Shown: positions 44,122 to 56,945, counted from the stretch's first letter. The stretch: 64,000 nt of DNA from the human T2T-CHM13v2.0 reference genome, Homo sapiens (GCF_009914755.1 NC_060930.1); one strand, 5' to 3'. Made by a program: numbers and translations. The notes: generated by a model from the sequence alone, not told the origin.

Positions 44122-44808
44122 CTAGAGAACTTTGCCCCAGCCCTGCAAAGTATTGTCACCTAGTTGGCATTGTAATTGTGACTTCAAAAGGCCATTCCAC
44201 CATTCTGTCAATCCAGCTGCTTCAGGATGATGGGGTACATGGTGAGACCAGTGAATTCTGTGAGCATGAGCCCATTGTCGCACTTCTTTATCCATAAAGT
44301 GAGTGCCTCGGTCAGAGGCAATGCTGTGTGGAATACCAAGACAGTGGAAAAGGCATTCCGTGAGTCCGTGGATGGTAGTCTTGGCAGAAGCATTGCGTGC
44401 AGAATAGGCAGACCCATATCCACAGTAAGTGTCTATTCCAGTGAGGACAAACCTCTTCCCTTTCCATGATGGAAGAGGTCCAATATAATCAACCTGCCAC
44501 CAGGTAGCTGGCTGATCACCCCGAGGAATGGTGCCACATCGAGGGCTCAGTGTTGCTCTCTGCTGCTGGCAAATTGGGCACTCAGCAGTGGCCGTAGCCA
44601 GTTTAGCCTTGGAGGATGGAAGTCCATGTTGCTGAGCCCATGTGTAACCTCCATCCCTGCCACCATGGCCACTTTGTTCATGGGCCCATTGGGCAATGAC
44701 AGGGGTGGCTGGGGAAAGAGGCTGAGTGGTGTCCACAGAATGGGTCATCCTATCCACTTGATTATTGAAATCCTCCTCTGCTGAAGTAACCCATTTGTGA
44801 GCACTCAT
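44122..44808 (-). pseudogene. HERV-L integrase coding remnant (228 open codons)
   Basis: HHCC zinc finger (HEQSGH...CPIC) and catalytic D (WQVDYIG), D (SDRGTHF), then 35 residues to E (GLTEWWNG). Terminated by TAG, after which the frame continues (KAMYALNQHP). Confidence 0.9.
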
Positions 44809-45729
44809 ATGGAATACAAATACCTTCCTGGTTTTTGATCACTCAGAGAGGTCTATTCACATATCTTTTCCCCAGATTTCTTTGTCACCAGTTTTCCAAT
44901 CCCGCTTCTTCCAAATCTCTGACCATCCAGCCAAAAACCATTGGCTACAGCCCATGAATCAGTACATAATCACACATCTGGGCATTTCTCCTTCATGCAA
45001 AGTGCACAACGAGGTGCACTGCTCAAAGTTCTGCCAACTGGGAAGATTTCCCTTCAGCGCTGTCCTTCAGAGATGTCCCAGAAAGGGGCTGTAGTGCTGC
45101 AGCTGTCCACTTTAGAGGGGTGCCTCCATATCATGCAGAACCATTTGTGAATCAGGCCCTAGTCTTCTCTTCCTCTGTCAACTGATCATAGGGAACTCCC
45201 GATGAGGGCATCGATGCAGCCTTGGGGAGAGAAGGTAGGGTGGCAGGAGTAGAGACCATGGACATTTGAGCCACTTCCTCATGAACTTACTTGTGCCTTC
45301 AGGACCTGCTCAAACCTGATCACATATATGCTACTTTCATTTGATGATAGAATGCTGCTCTGTACGACCTTCTTTATGGCCAGATGGGTCAGAAAGCTCC
45401 CAGTTCATGATAGCCAGTTAAGGTTGCATAGTGACTTGATGACTCGTAGTCAAACCTTCAGTTTCCACCAAAGCCCAGTAATGGGCCAAGAGCTGTCTCT
45501 CAAAAGGAAGGTAGTTATCTGTAGAAGATGGTTGGGCCTTGCTCCAAAATCCTAGAGGCCTTTGCTGTCATTCACCTATGGGGGCCTGGCAAAGGCTCCA
45601 AACAGCATCCCTATCTGCTACTGGCACCTCAAGCACCATTGGATCTGCTGGATCATATGGCCCAAGTGGCAGAACAGCTTGCACAGCAGCCTGGACCTGT
45701 TGCAGAGCCTTCTCCTGTTCTGGACCCCA

Positions 45730-45950
45730 GGCAGTTTTATTTGGTAAAGTGAATGATTAAAGGTCTTGGGGCCAAAATGATCTCAACCTATTTTCAAACT
45801 TTAAATGGGTTAGAAGCCTGGCTCGCTGGCATAGAGCTAGGCGTGGAATATGAGTCCCTAGTGGGCCACTTTTGGTAAGCAGAACTGGCACTGTGGGAGG
45901 AGCCAAACGCTGGGTTAAGGCACCCGATGCTGATGCTCATTAGACACCCC
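45730..45950 (+). pseudogene. 28S (LSU) rRNA-derived fragment, domain II
   Basis: Collinear with recalled human 28S GCAGTTTTATCCGGTAAAGCGAATGATTAGAGGTCTTGGGGCCGAAACGATCTCAACCTATTCTCAAACTTTAAATGGG...GTGGGCCACTTTTGGTAAGCAGAACTGGCG...GGTTAAGGCGCCCGATGCCGACGCTCATCAGAC. Most differences are CpG>TpG/CpA. Confidence 0.93.
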
Positions 45951-46817
45951 ACTCTTGTTACCAAAATCTGTATTAGGGTTCTCTATAGGGACAGAACTAA
46001 TAGGAGATATATATATGTATATATATATATATATATATAAAGGGAAGTTTATTAAATATTAACTCACATGTTCACAAGGTTTCACAATAGGCTGCTTGCA
46101 AGCTGAGGAGCAAGGAGAGCCAGTCCGATTCCCCAAACTGAAGCACTTGGAGTCCAGTGTTTGAGGGCAGGAGGCATCTAGCACGGGAGAAAGATGTAGG
46201 CTGGGAAGCTAGGCCCGTCTCTTTTTTTCACACTTTTCTGCCTGCTTTATATTCGCTGGCAGCTGATTAGATTGTGCCTGCCAGATTAAGGGTGGATCTG
46301 CCTTCTTCAGCCCACTGACTCAAAATGTTAATCTCCTTTGGCAACACCCTCACAGACATACCCAGGATCAATACTTTGTATCCTTCAATCCAATCAAGTT
46401 GACACTCAGTATTAACCACCACAGTGTCCGATTGTTTCTTTAGATTGTAATACTCTTTTCCATTTAAATTGTATTTTCAGAAATATTTAATGTCAGTAGA
46501 TATTTCTTGAAATGTGACTTCAATGATTATGTTCATCTATGATGAACAACTTTTTAAATCTAAATTGTTTTTATTATAATCTTTTAATTTTTCTTTTTTA
46601 GAATTAGAATTTGAACACTAGAAATGTACCATTGCAATTTTAAATTACATTTCATTGTGAATTTGAACACAGTTTTATGATAATTGAACATATTTCTGTA
46701 GGGCATGTGCCTTTCTGTTTGAATTGTAAGAGCTCTTTATATGTTAAGAACATCAGCCCATTGTGTTTGGTATTTGCACAGGTATTTCTAGATTTTTCTG
46801 TGCCTTTTAATTTTCAT

Positions 46818-46880
46818 TGTGTGTGTGTGGGTGTGTGTGTGTGCGTGTATGTGTTTTAAAAGAGAGAGCAAGAGAGAGGA
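46818..46880. repeat. Imperfect (TG)n followed by (AG)n
   Basis: Direct reading. Confidence 0.8.
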
Positions 46881-47637
46881 TTCAGGGTTACTTGGGTTTT
46901 TGGTGTGTCTTCTATTGCTACTATGATAAAATCCTCTATCTGGGGATTTAAAAATATATGCCTATTTTTCTTAGAGTTTTTCAACTTTAATTCATTTGAA
47001 AATATTTTAATGTATGGTATGGAGTAAAGATATTTTTTGAATAGTTAACCAGTTATCTCACCATAGTGTATTACTAATTATCTTTCCCATGTTTATTTGT
47101 AATACATTCTTTAACATATTGTCTTTTTAAGGTTGGTCATGTATTTTATATTTTTAAAAAGTGAAGAGTAATTATTTTTCAGAAGAATAATCATCTGATA
47201 ATTCAAATTTTCCTGTAAGAGAAAGTTGTCATATTAAAATGCACACTTACTTTTTCAAATTATTTTATGTACTTTTGAAAGTAAATGGTTAATTCAAACT
47301 CTTGATTGTTAATCTGTCAATTGCTTGATGACATACCTCCCTCAGTAAAATAGTGTATTAACTGTTTATTGCAGACTGTGTTTAGTGCAGACTATGGATA
47401 TTTTTGTTGATCTGTAGAATTCCTGACTAGCTGTTCACATACCCCACTTTTACCATGACACTATTTTCAAGATCATTAATTGCATCAGATATGGAGACAA
47501 TATTAGTGGATTTTCTTCTTGAGAGAATGCTCCTACAAGTTACTAATTACCATGCTATGTCTTGATATGTTTTTGTAACCTTACAAATGAATATAAAGAT
47601 AACATTTTTCCCCTTTGTTTCCATCTTCTTGTTTTAG

Positions 47638-47735
47638 ATAGTCATTTTTACTTGAAGGAAGCTGCTTCTACTTGGGAGTGGCAGGAGAAGTGAGAAAACC
47701 ACATGGAAGACTCCCAGGATTTAAATGAACAATCA
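47638..47735 (+). other. EYA4: EYA4 exon 2 (65 nt 5'UTR plus 33 nt CDS)
   Basis: Polypyrimidine tract ttttcccctttgtttccatcttcttgttttAG ends at 47637; donor TCA|GTAAGT. Confidence 0.93.
47703..47735 (+). CDS. EYA4: First coding segment (codons 1-11) of Eyes absent homolog 4; CDS continues in exons beyond the window
   Basis: ATGGAAGACTCCCAGGATTTAAATGAACAATCA encodes MEDSQDLNEQS, matching the recalled EYA4 N-terminus (MEDSQDLNEQSVKK...). In-frame TGA at 47691-47693 upstream; phase-0 donor GTAAGT at 47736. Confidence 0.95.
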
Positions 47736-49183
47736 GTAAGTCTTCATTCTCAGTTTTGCTGAAAAAAGTTGCGATAACACTACTGAAAATCATACGTAAA
47801 AGAGATATATTGTAAGAAGTAAGTTTTTCATTAAATATATTTTTAAATGATTTTTGAATTTCCTTTCAAAGACCATGAAACAGACCTTTGGAGATTTATG
47901 CCGTTTCTGCTTAATGATGATGTCACATTTTGATGTCTTCTTTGATTTTCTACTTGGAAAACTAGTGGTGGAAAGACTAAGGCATTGAAATCATGATGCA
48001 TGTTTTAGACGGTCTAAACAATTTTATATACGTCCTTTATTATTTTATTTCAGATATGCTGGATATTGTTGAATATCAGAAGTATAAAAGGAGAAAGTAT
48101 ATTATTAGCATGCTTGTTAGTCATTTTAAGGAGGAAAGAAACCATAGTTCTCAAGCGCTTTTAGTATTTTACTAGATTCATTGCAGGACCAAGAATGCAC
48201 CAGCTTGATGGCAATCCTTTTAAGATTCTGATTTCCCAAGGGAAAGGCTCTTTGCAACCTTTCCTCCTAGCTTGTTAGTGGTGTCTCTGTGACAGTAGTT
48301 CTTTAGTGTGTGGAACTAGAGGCAGTGGGAGGGCTTCCCTCACACCCCCACGCCTTCACACTACTGGAAGCTGTCGTTTGAGCTGTTTTGCATACGGACA
48401 ACTCATGATGTTACAAGTAACAAGACGTGTGCTTACTGAGAGTGTGTTCTGCAGTCTGATGCTGTTCCTTTTTTTTTTTTTTGATGCTGTTCTTTATTAG
48501 CTTATGTGATCATGACTTGATCTTACAGTCAAATGTTTCTCCATCAGGCAACTGAGGAGAAGATACTTATATCTAATAATGTGGTTCTAGAAAAGGTATA
48601 TGTGATGAGTTTAATTTTAAGAGGGATGTATATTCTGGTGCCATTTGAAGTTGATTTGATTTGCTTTCTAGTGGATATTTTATTTAAAAGAAATGATAGC
48701 CATGCCTTTAATTTGGATAGACATGACCATAGTCTAATTTCAATATATATTATATTATGATTTATTTCACATGGCATCATAGGAAAAATGTAACAAAAAA
48801 TTATAAAGTGAAAAAACTATGAAATTTGTCAAATGGTAGAGATATATTCCTCTAGAATTGTGTGACTTCTTTAGTAAGGTAAACAGAAATGGCTATGGGA
48901 AGGCAAGGGCTTTCAAACTTTTAAAAATGCTGGTTATTGACTGTAAATATTCACAGCATGGACTCTAGCAAAATGGAGGTTAGTCATCATGACTGTTGGA
49001 ATCAGAAGTCTGTCTGTGTGACTATGGTGGACTTGAATAGTTAGTAGTAAATGTTGACAACATCTTAGTGGTGATGCTTCATTAAAAGAGTGCTGTTGAT
49101 CTGAACTTTGTTCTGATACACCGAGGGTCACATACAAGTGTGTGTGTATATGCAAATGTTTGTATGTATGTGTGCGTATATGT

Positions 49184-49296
49184 TAGAGTGACCAACGTTT
49201 TTTTGTTGCCAGAGACTGAGGATTTTCTAGGGACATAGAACTTTCAGTGCTAAAGCACACAAAGTTTGGGGGAAAACCAGGATGGTTGATTCTGTT
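49184..49296. mobile_element. MER81-like hAT-Blackjack MITE
   Basis: tagagtgaccaac...gactgagg...actttcagtgctaaa...aaaccaggatggttgattct. Confidence 0.65.
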
Positions 49297-50499
49297 AATT
49301 ACTATAGGGTGTGTATATACTCAAGAAAGAATTTTGTTTTCAATGCAGTTGAGAATATATTTTTATGTTTAACACTAAAGTGATGTGTTACTAAAGATGC
49401 GTCATATCACCGTTCACAAAATGAAGCACAGAACTTGTAAATCAGATATGGTGTCCTTCTAGTGATATTTTAAGGTCATGGAGCTCACTATTTCTTTTTA
49501 AAGTATGTTTTTAAAAGTTTCCAGTGATGCTAGTGAGCAGTCAGGTTTGAGAACAAGAAATCTAGGGAGACCTGCCTACCCTCTCAGCTTGAACCCATTT
49601 GCTGAATTTAAATTTCAAACATGTAGACCAATGTATTCATCTCATAAATGTGCAAAGAGATGCTTAGAACTGTTAAATGACTTGCCCATGTTGGCATAGC
49701 TGATAAGAGGCAGAGTTAGGACTTCACACGGTTCTTCTGACTCCAAGTCCAAAGCTCTCTCCATAACATCGACGTGCCTCATTGCCTTTGGGTTATGCAT
49801 ATTGTGGCATTTATAGAAATGTCAAAAAAAAAAAAGAAAAGAAAAAGAATCAGCCCCTTTACATGGAAATAATTTCTCTTTGAATGAAATCTTTATATGA
49901 TTCTAAATTTTGTGGAGTATATTAATGTCTCAAAATATTTTGAAAAATGATAGCATTTATTAAGATATAGAACAAGTAGGGGTGGAATTAAAATAAAGTT
50001 CATAGTTAGATGAAAGTGAATTTACTCATATCATTGCTATTTTAGTTCAAGAGGGATTCTTTGGGTGTAGACATAGCAGTAGGAGTCATTTGTGGCACAT
50101 GCACACTGCATCTAGCATTTTCCATATACTTGCTCCAATTCTTACCATGTATTCCTTCATTGCAATTTTTAAGGCCACTATTTTATAGATGAAACTGTGA
50201 CCTAGAGAGTGTCAAGGTCAAACAGCTGTTAAGTAGTAGAGATCAGAATTAAACCAACTTCTCTCTGGCCCCAAAACTTTTAATGGATTTTGCATGATAC
50301 AACATAATAGGTAGTTAAGGGCATGAGCTATAAATCAGACTTCCCTGTCACTTAAATGCTTTAAAACCTTTGGGAAATTACTTAAACTCTTCCTCCTCTA
50401 TGGAGTGGAAGGATAATAAAAAGATGTCTTATGAAGTGCTTGCATATGCCTCACTTAGAGTAAATATTCAATAAATGTTAGCTGCTATCACAAATACCT

Positions 50500-51430
50500 G
50501 AGATATTCAGATGCTCTTTAATGAGTATTCATTCATTCTAGCATATCCAGCTACTGACCAGACATCCCTTCTGGGAGTTCACAGGTCCACACACTCAGCA
50601 AATGAAGAATAAATTCACCAGCTCTCCTTCCCTCTCCCAGCTTTTCTTCCTTTGTCCTTTATGCCAGTATTACTCATCTCAGTGAATGGCATCATCAGCT
50701 ACTGAATGGGTTATGGCAGAAAAGAGGTAGTAATCCTCCTTTTCTTCATCCCGCATCTCAAAGCTTTGTCCACTCTTAATGTTTAATGTCATTCAAAGCT
50801 ATTCTTTTTGCTCGAGCTCCCTTAGTTTAGTTGAGATCTTTATTTTATCTCTTGACTTTCTTGTTTTACTTTAAGTTGCTTCTAGAGTTGTCTTCCTAAA
50901 ATACAACCCTGATCACATCACTACCTTCCTTTTTATCCTTCACAAGCCCTTTCTTGCCTTCAAGGGAGAGGCTCAAGTGTGTCATCAAGCATACAGAGCT
51001 TAATGCTTATGTATTTCTTCAGTTTTTTTTTTTCTGGTTTCTGTCAGTTTCTGAATCTCCCAGGTTCTCTGAGGTCTCTATGCATTTGCAAGTGCTTTAA
51101 TATCTTCCCAGAAGGGTCTCTTTCCCACCACCAGGATAACCTGTAATTCTTGAAGACTCAGTTTAGGTTTCCATCCCTCTGAGCAGCCCTCTCAGACTAC
51201 CTCCTTTCTTCTCACCCAATCAGCCCTACCGGTCAGGGCCCTCTGCAGTGTGCTGCCATAACCCTTTGGCATTTACCTCTAGCCCAGCACTTACCCTACA
51301 GGACTGAAACCCTATCTGTTTACTTGCCTATCTCACCACTACATTATAAACTACTTAAGAGTAATGGTGGATCTCGTTCATCTCGTACTCTTACTTCTTA
51401 GCACGATTCTTGCCAGTGTTCAGTAAATGT
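50500..51430. mobile_element. L2 fragment(s), with MIRs at ~50170-50480
   Basis: ctcagtgaatggcatcatc...ctgatcacatcac...cagtaaatgttt. Confidence 0.6.
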
Positions 51431-53315
51431 TTTCTTCAAAAGCCTTTATATACTTTTAGTGAGGTATGTTAATGAGTAGCCTGACAAATTTTAGAAAGCC
51501 AAAATGTTATTCTCAGAGTAGATTACTGACTCATGAATTTATATTCGACTCACTTAAAAAATTGCATAGAAGGTCTAACATGAATTTAACTGCATATGAC
51601 CAAAATAAAGTTCAGTCCTTCATTTTTCCTCTAGTATATCTGGCTCCTATTTGGCATTCTGGCTTAGAGGATGTAGAGAATTTTAAGAGATAAGCAACTA
51701 AAAAGAATATTTAACTGTCATAAATTTATCTGCAGTTCTATTTTAGAGCTTCATAATTCTTTAGAATTGGTTTAAGTTATAGCCAGTTACAGCTTATTAC
51801 AGTTTTTAATGAAATGTTCTTGATAATAGAAATGGCTGTGAATGTAGGTTATACCTAGCAATAGCTCCCTTCATACTGTGAAATATATTGTATTTTTGTA
51901 TTCAAGCAGAGAATGAGCAATATTTATTATTTTTATAGCTTCTATAATATCTTTATAGATTGAGGTGTTTTATAATCCTATTTTGGTGGTCCGGGATATT
52001 ACTTCAGATTTTTTCTCATCCAAAACATTCATATCAACATGAGATGGAGTCTGGCCTAAATTAATGATCAAGCCAGCAGGTTTGAAAAGAAATATATTTT
52101 ATTAATGTTAAGTATTGTATGTTATAAAGTAAAACATTCGTGAATATTAAGTAAAACTAAGTAAAATGAATAAGTTACAGCAGGATTGCTTTCCCTAAAT
52201 GTTATGCATTACGGGCCTGAACATTCATATGTATTTCCACATTGTTACTAAATCAATTCACTTATATTGTTGGTGGCATGATTTTATTAGTGACATCTAA
52301 ATTAACTCACATTCATTGGATTATGTTACATATTGTATGATTCATTAATACTTCTGGAAATTCATTTCTCTGTCCATTTTTAAATATAATACATTTATAT
52401 TTCAAAGCTATTCTATTTGTATTTATGAAACATATTCATAGACATGTTTCAGTAATACTTTTGGAAATTTGTTTCTACATGCATTTGTAGATATGAATTG
52501 TATTTATTTGCCTTCACCAACCATGCTAATTTAATAATGTCTATTAAAATTCTAGAGCTAGTTTAGTAAATTAATTTATTTTTATCTCTCTCTTGTTTTT
52601 CCTTAGAGTACTCATGACTTTGATTAGTCCTCAGATCTTTGTTCCTAGAGATCCTACAGTATTATCTTTGATTATAGCCACTAGCCCATCTTTAAAACGT
52701 GTACTCCTCTCTGTATCAGATTTTTAACTATTGTATAGAATTGAATTTGCCATTAAACTTATCATCTAGACATAGAACTTCAGAACCACCAATTTATGAC
52801 AGTGTTTAAACAGTATGCTAGAATATAATTATTTTGATTAATTTTTGTTTAAATCATTTTTCTATTTTTATAATGTGACATTATCAAAATCCTAAAATTC
52901 TATTATTCTGTTGCTTTATTCTTGGGTACTCTAAACCCATTCGACCAGAAGGCATACTTGTACTGAATATCTTAAATATATTTTACTTAGATCTAAACAA
53001 TGTTGGATTATTCTTTTTCAGGATCCAATTCTGTATCGAAGAACTTGACCTTTAAACTAGTTAAAAGAATCTTGTTTACAACATGTAATTTTTATACTAT
53101 CCAACTGAATAACATACTTCAGAGTTCTGTGGAATTCTGTTCAAAGCCCAGTTTCAGAATTACTGTTAACTCCAAATTGCCAATTACAGCTTGACTTTGC
53201 AGTTATGTAGTAGAGTACCTAAACTGAAGTTACAAAGTAGATGCGTTCAGTATAATTTAATGTTTCATAATCATTAAGGCTTACTCTTCCTTTTTAAGCA
53301 TTTTTAAAATAATAG

Positions 53316-53611
53316 TTTTTCTTTTTTCTTTTTTTTTGTTTGAGATGGAGTCTTGCTCTGTTGAGTACGGTGGTACAATCTCGGCTCACTGCAACCTCCG
53401 ACTCCCGGGTTCAAGTGATTCTTCTGCCTCAGCCTCCTGAGTAGCTGGGACTACAGGCATGTGCCACGGCGCCCAGATAATTTTTTGTATTTTTAGTAGA
53501 GATGGAGTTTCACCCTGTTAGCCAGGATGGTCTCAATCTCCTGACCTCATGATCTGCCTCGTTGGCCTCCCAAAGTGCTGGGATTACAGGTGTGAGCCAC
53601 CGCGCCCGGCC
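53316..53611 (-). mobile_element. AluSc-like
   Basis: gttagccaggatggtctcaatctcctgacctcatgatc; TSD-like aataatagtttt / aatagtagtttt. Confidence 0.92.
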
Positions 53612-55345
53612 AATAGTAGTTTTATTGAGATGTCATTCTCATACAATACAGCTCACCCACTTAAAATGTACAATTCAGTGATTTCTAGGGTATTCATAGA
53701 GTTGTACAATTATTACCACAGTCAATTTTAGAGGATTTTTAATCAGTTGAGAAAGAGATCCCATGCCCATTAGCACACTCCCCATTCCCCCGATGAGCAC
53801 CCCTCAGCCCTAGACAAGCACCAATCCACTTCCTATCTCTATGGATTTGCCTATTCTGGACCTTTCATATAAATTGAGTCATACAATATGAGAACTTTTG
53901 TGGCTTGCTTTTTATACGTGACATAATGTTTGCAAGGTTCATCTATGTTGTAGCATGAATCAGTACTTAGTTCCTTTTTATGGCCAAATAATATTCCATT
54001 GTATGGAGACACTTCTATTTATACTCTTTAAATAGAAAGAATATAAATTTGCCCCTATGTTATAAGGTTACTTCTTTTTTTACAATTATGTTTTAAGAGT
54101 CATTTCTGTATTCTAGATAAAAGTCCTTCACCAGATCTACACTTTTCAAAGGATATCTCCCATTTTGTGGGTTGTCTTTTCACTCTTGATAGTGTCCTTT
54201 GATGCACAGAAGTTTTAAATTTGAGTCCAGTTTATCTATTTTTTTCTTTTGTCACTTGCGCTTTTAGTGTTGTGTATAAGAAATCTTTGCCTAATCCAGG
54301 GTCACAAAGATTTACTCCTATGATTTCATTTCTCTATGATTTCTCATATGTAAGCGAGAACATGTGATATTTGACTTTCTATATCTGAGTTGCTTCAGTT
54401 AAGATAATGGCCTTCACAAATACTTACTCCTATGATTTCTTATATGAATTTTACAGTTTTCTATAGTTTTAGCTCTTACATTTAGGTCTTTAGTTCATTT
54501 TGAGTTAAATTTTATTGAGGAAGATTTTTTTTTAAACTTCAACTTAGTTTAGATTTCAGGGGTACGTGTGCAGGTTTTTGTCATGGGTATATTGTGTGAC
54601 ACTGAGGTTTGGGGTATGATTGATGCCAGCACCTAGGTAGTGAGAATAATACCCAACTGGTAGTTGTTCAGCCCTTGTTCCTCTTCCTCCCTGCCACTTC
54701 CGGTAGTTCCCACTGTCTATTGTTTCTGTCTCTATGTCCATGTTTCCTCACTGCTTAGCTCTCACATCTAAGTGAGAACATGTGGTATTTGTTTTTTTTT
54801 TCCTGTGTTGATTCACTTAGGATGATGGCCTCCAGCTGCATCCATATGGCTGCAAAGGAGATGATTTCATTTTTTTTATGGCTGTATAGTATCCCATGGT
54901 GTATATAAACCACATTTTCTTTATCCATTCCATTGTTGTGGGCACCTAAGTTGGTTCCTTGTCTTTGCTATTGTGAATAATGTCTTTCTGATAGAATGGT
55001 TTCTTTTCCTTTGGGTCTATAACCAGTAGTAGGATTGCTGGGTCAAATGGTAGTTCTGTTTAAAGTTCTTTGAGAAATCTCCAACCTGCTTCATAGTGGC
55101 TGAACTAATTTACATTCCCACCAGCAGTATATAAGTGTTTCCTTTTTTTCTGCAGCCTTGCCAACATCTGTTATGTTTTGACTTGTTAATAATAGCCATT
55201 CTGACTGGTGTGAGATGGTATTTCATTGTGGTTCTGATTTGCACTTCTCTGATCATTAGTGATGTTAAGCATTTGTTCATGTTTGTTGGCCGCTTGTATG
55301 TCCTCTTTTGAGAAATGTCTGTTCATATCCTTTTCCTACTTCTAA
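53612..55345 (-). mobile_element. Nested L1 3' ends (L1M ~53612-54520; L1PA/PB-like ~54525-55345)
   Basis: tctatggatttgcctattctggac; ggattgctgggtcaaatggtagttctg; ccattctgactggtgtgagatggta. Confidence 0.85.
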
Positions 55346-55916
55346 GTATTTTTTAAACTCTGAATTTTTATATTTTTGTGTGAGTTTATGAAGATTCAGC
55401 ACAAGATTTCATTAATTATTATCTTCTATGAACTTCTAAAATTATAATTTGATTTGTTAAAATTTTTTCTCAAATCTTAGAATATATATGACACATATGT
55501 GTGTGTATATATATATATGTATGTATATATGGAGAGCCTCATATTATACAGAATATGGAGTGTGATTCTATGTCATTTGCCAAGATCTGGAGACTAAATA
55601 TTACGTTTTCTTCTGTCAACTGTGATCAGCTGGTAACAGCTGTTTGTGTTAAGAAGGAACCTATGGCTACATCCGAGCTCATTGGAAAAGTAATGTTATC
55701 AATTTGGTGTGATTTGCCATGGACTTGGTAAGGAAGAAGGGTAGCACCAAGCCTCATAACTGCTAATTCTGGTCTGGTGAGTTGTCAAGATCCCTGGGCA
55801 GTTGGTTTGGATAGTATAGATATAAATAAGAGCTATGATATCTTTGGGTACCAAAAGTCTAGTGTCTGAACTTACAATTTACATATTGTTATCTAATAAT
55901 TCTATCTTATAAATTA

Positions 55917-56280
<364 letters not shown>

Positions 56281-56595
56281 TCATGGTTTAATACTCTTGA
56301 GAAATAGAAAACATTAATAAATATAATGCAATTTCTGCTATAAGGTATTTAACAAATGGAAAAATTCACTGATGAAAAAAGTTAATGTTCATCGATAGAG
56401 GTACCATGCCAAGTGCTTTATGCTACTCATCTCACTAAATCTCATAACGGCCCTTTGTGGAGGCTCTGTCATAACCTCAGTCTGAAGAAGAGTACACTGA
56501 AGCAGAGTTTAGGTATCTTATTCAGGGTTGTGCCAGCTTGGAAGCTATGCTGATGGAATATGAACTCACATAGTCTTTATTCCAGAATCCATACT

Positions 56596-56945
56596 GTTTT
56601 TTTAAATATGTAAGTTTAAGGGGTACAAGTGTGGTTTTGTTACGTGGATATATTGCATGGTGATGAAGTCTGGGCTTTCAGTGTAACCATCATTTGAATA
56701 GTGTATATTGTAACCATTAAGTAATTTCTCATCCCTCACTCCCTCCCACCTGCCCACCCTTCTCCAGTGGTCTCCAAAGGTCTCCAGTGACTATTATTCC
56801 TCTCTGTTTCCATATGTACATATTATTTAGCTCCCATTTATAAGTGAAAATATGTGATATTGGACTTTCTGTGTCTGAGTTGTTTCACTTAAGATAATGG
56901 CCTTCAGTTCCATCCATGCTACTGCTAAAGACACGATTTCATGTT
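56596..56945 (-). mobile_element. L1 (L1PB/L1MA) 3' end, adjacent to a MIR at ~56400-56595
   Basis: ggggtacaagtgtggttttgttacgtggatatattgc...gataatggccttcagttccatccatg. Confidence 0.8.

Larger units (their letters stand above)
42677..46423 (-). mobile_element. HERV-L provirus with two MLT2A LTRs (3'LTR 42677-43133, 5'LTR 45969-46423), internally deleted
   Basis: Both LTRs run TGTATTAGGG...TTAACCA(T/C)CACA with internal (TA)n. PPT agtccacccctt is at 43134, PBS-like ccactcttgttaccaaaatc at ~45949-45968. Pol remnants (RT end, RNase H, IN) and a probable dUTPase remnant are present. Confidence 0.93.

Noticed and set aside
45730-45950. Functional rRNA gene or contamination
   Set aside because: Short fragment with extensive CpG decay, embedded in a provirus.
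47641-47702. N-terminal extension of EYA4 from a non-AUG start
   Set aside because: In-frame TGA at 47691-47693.
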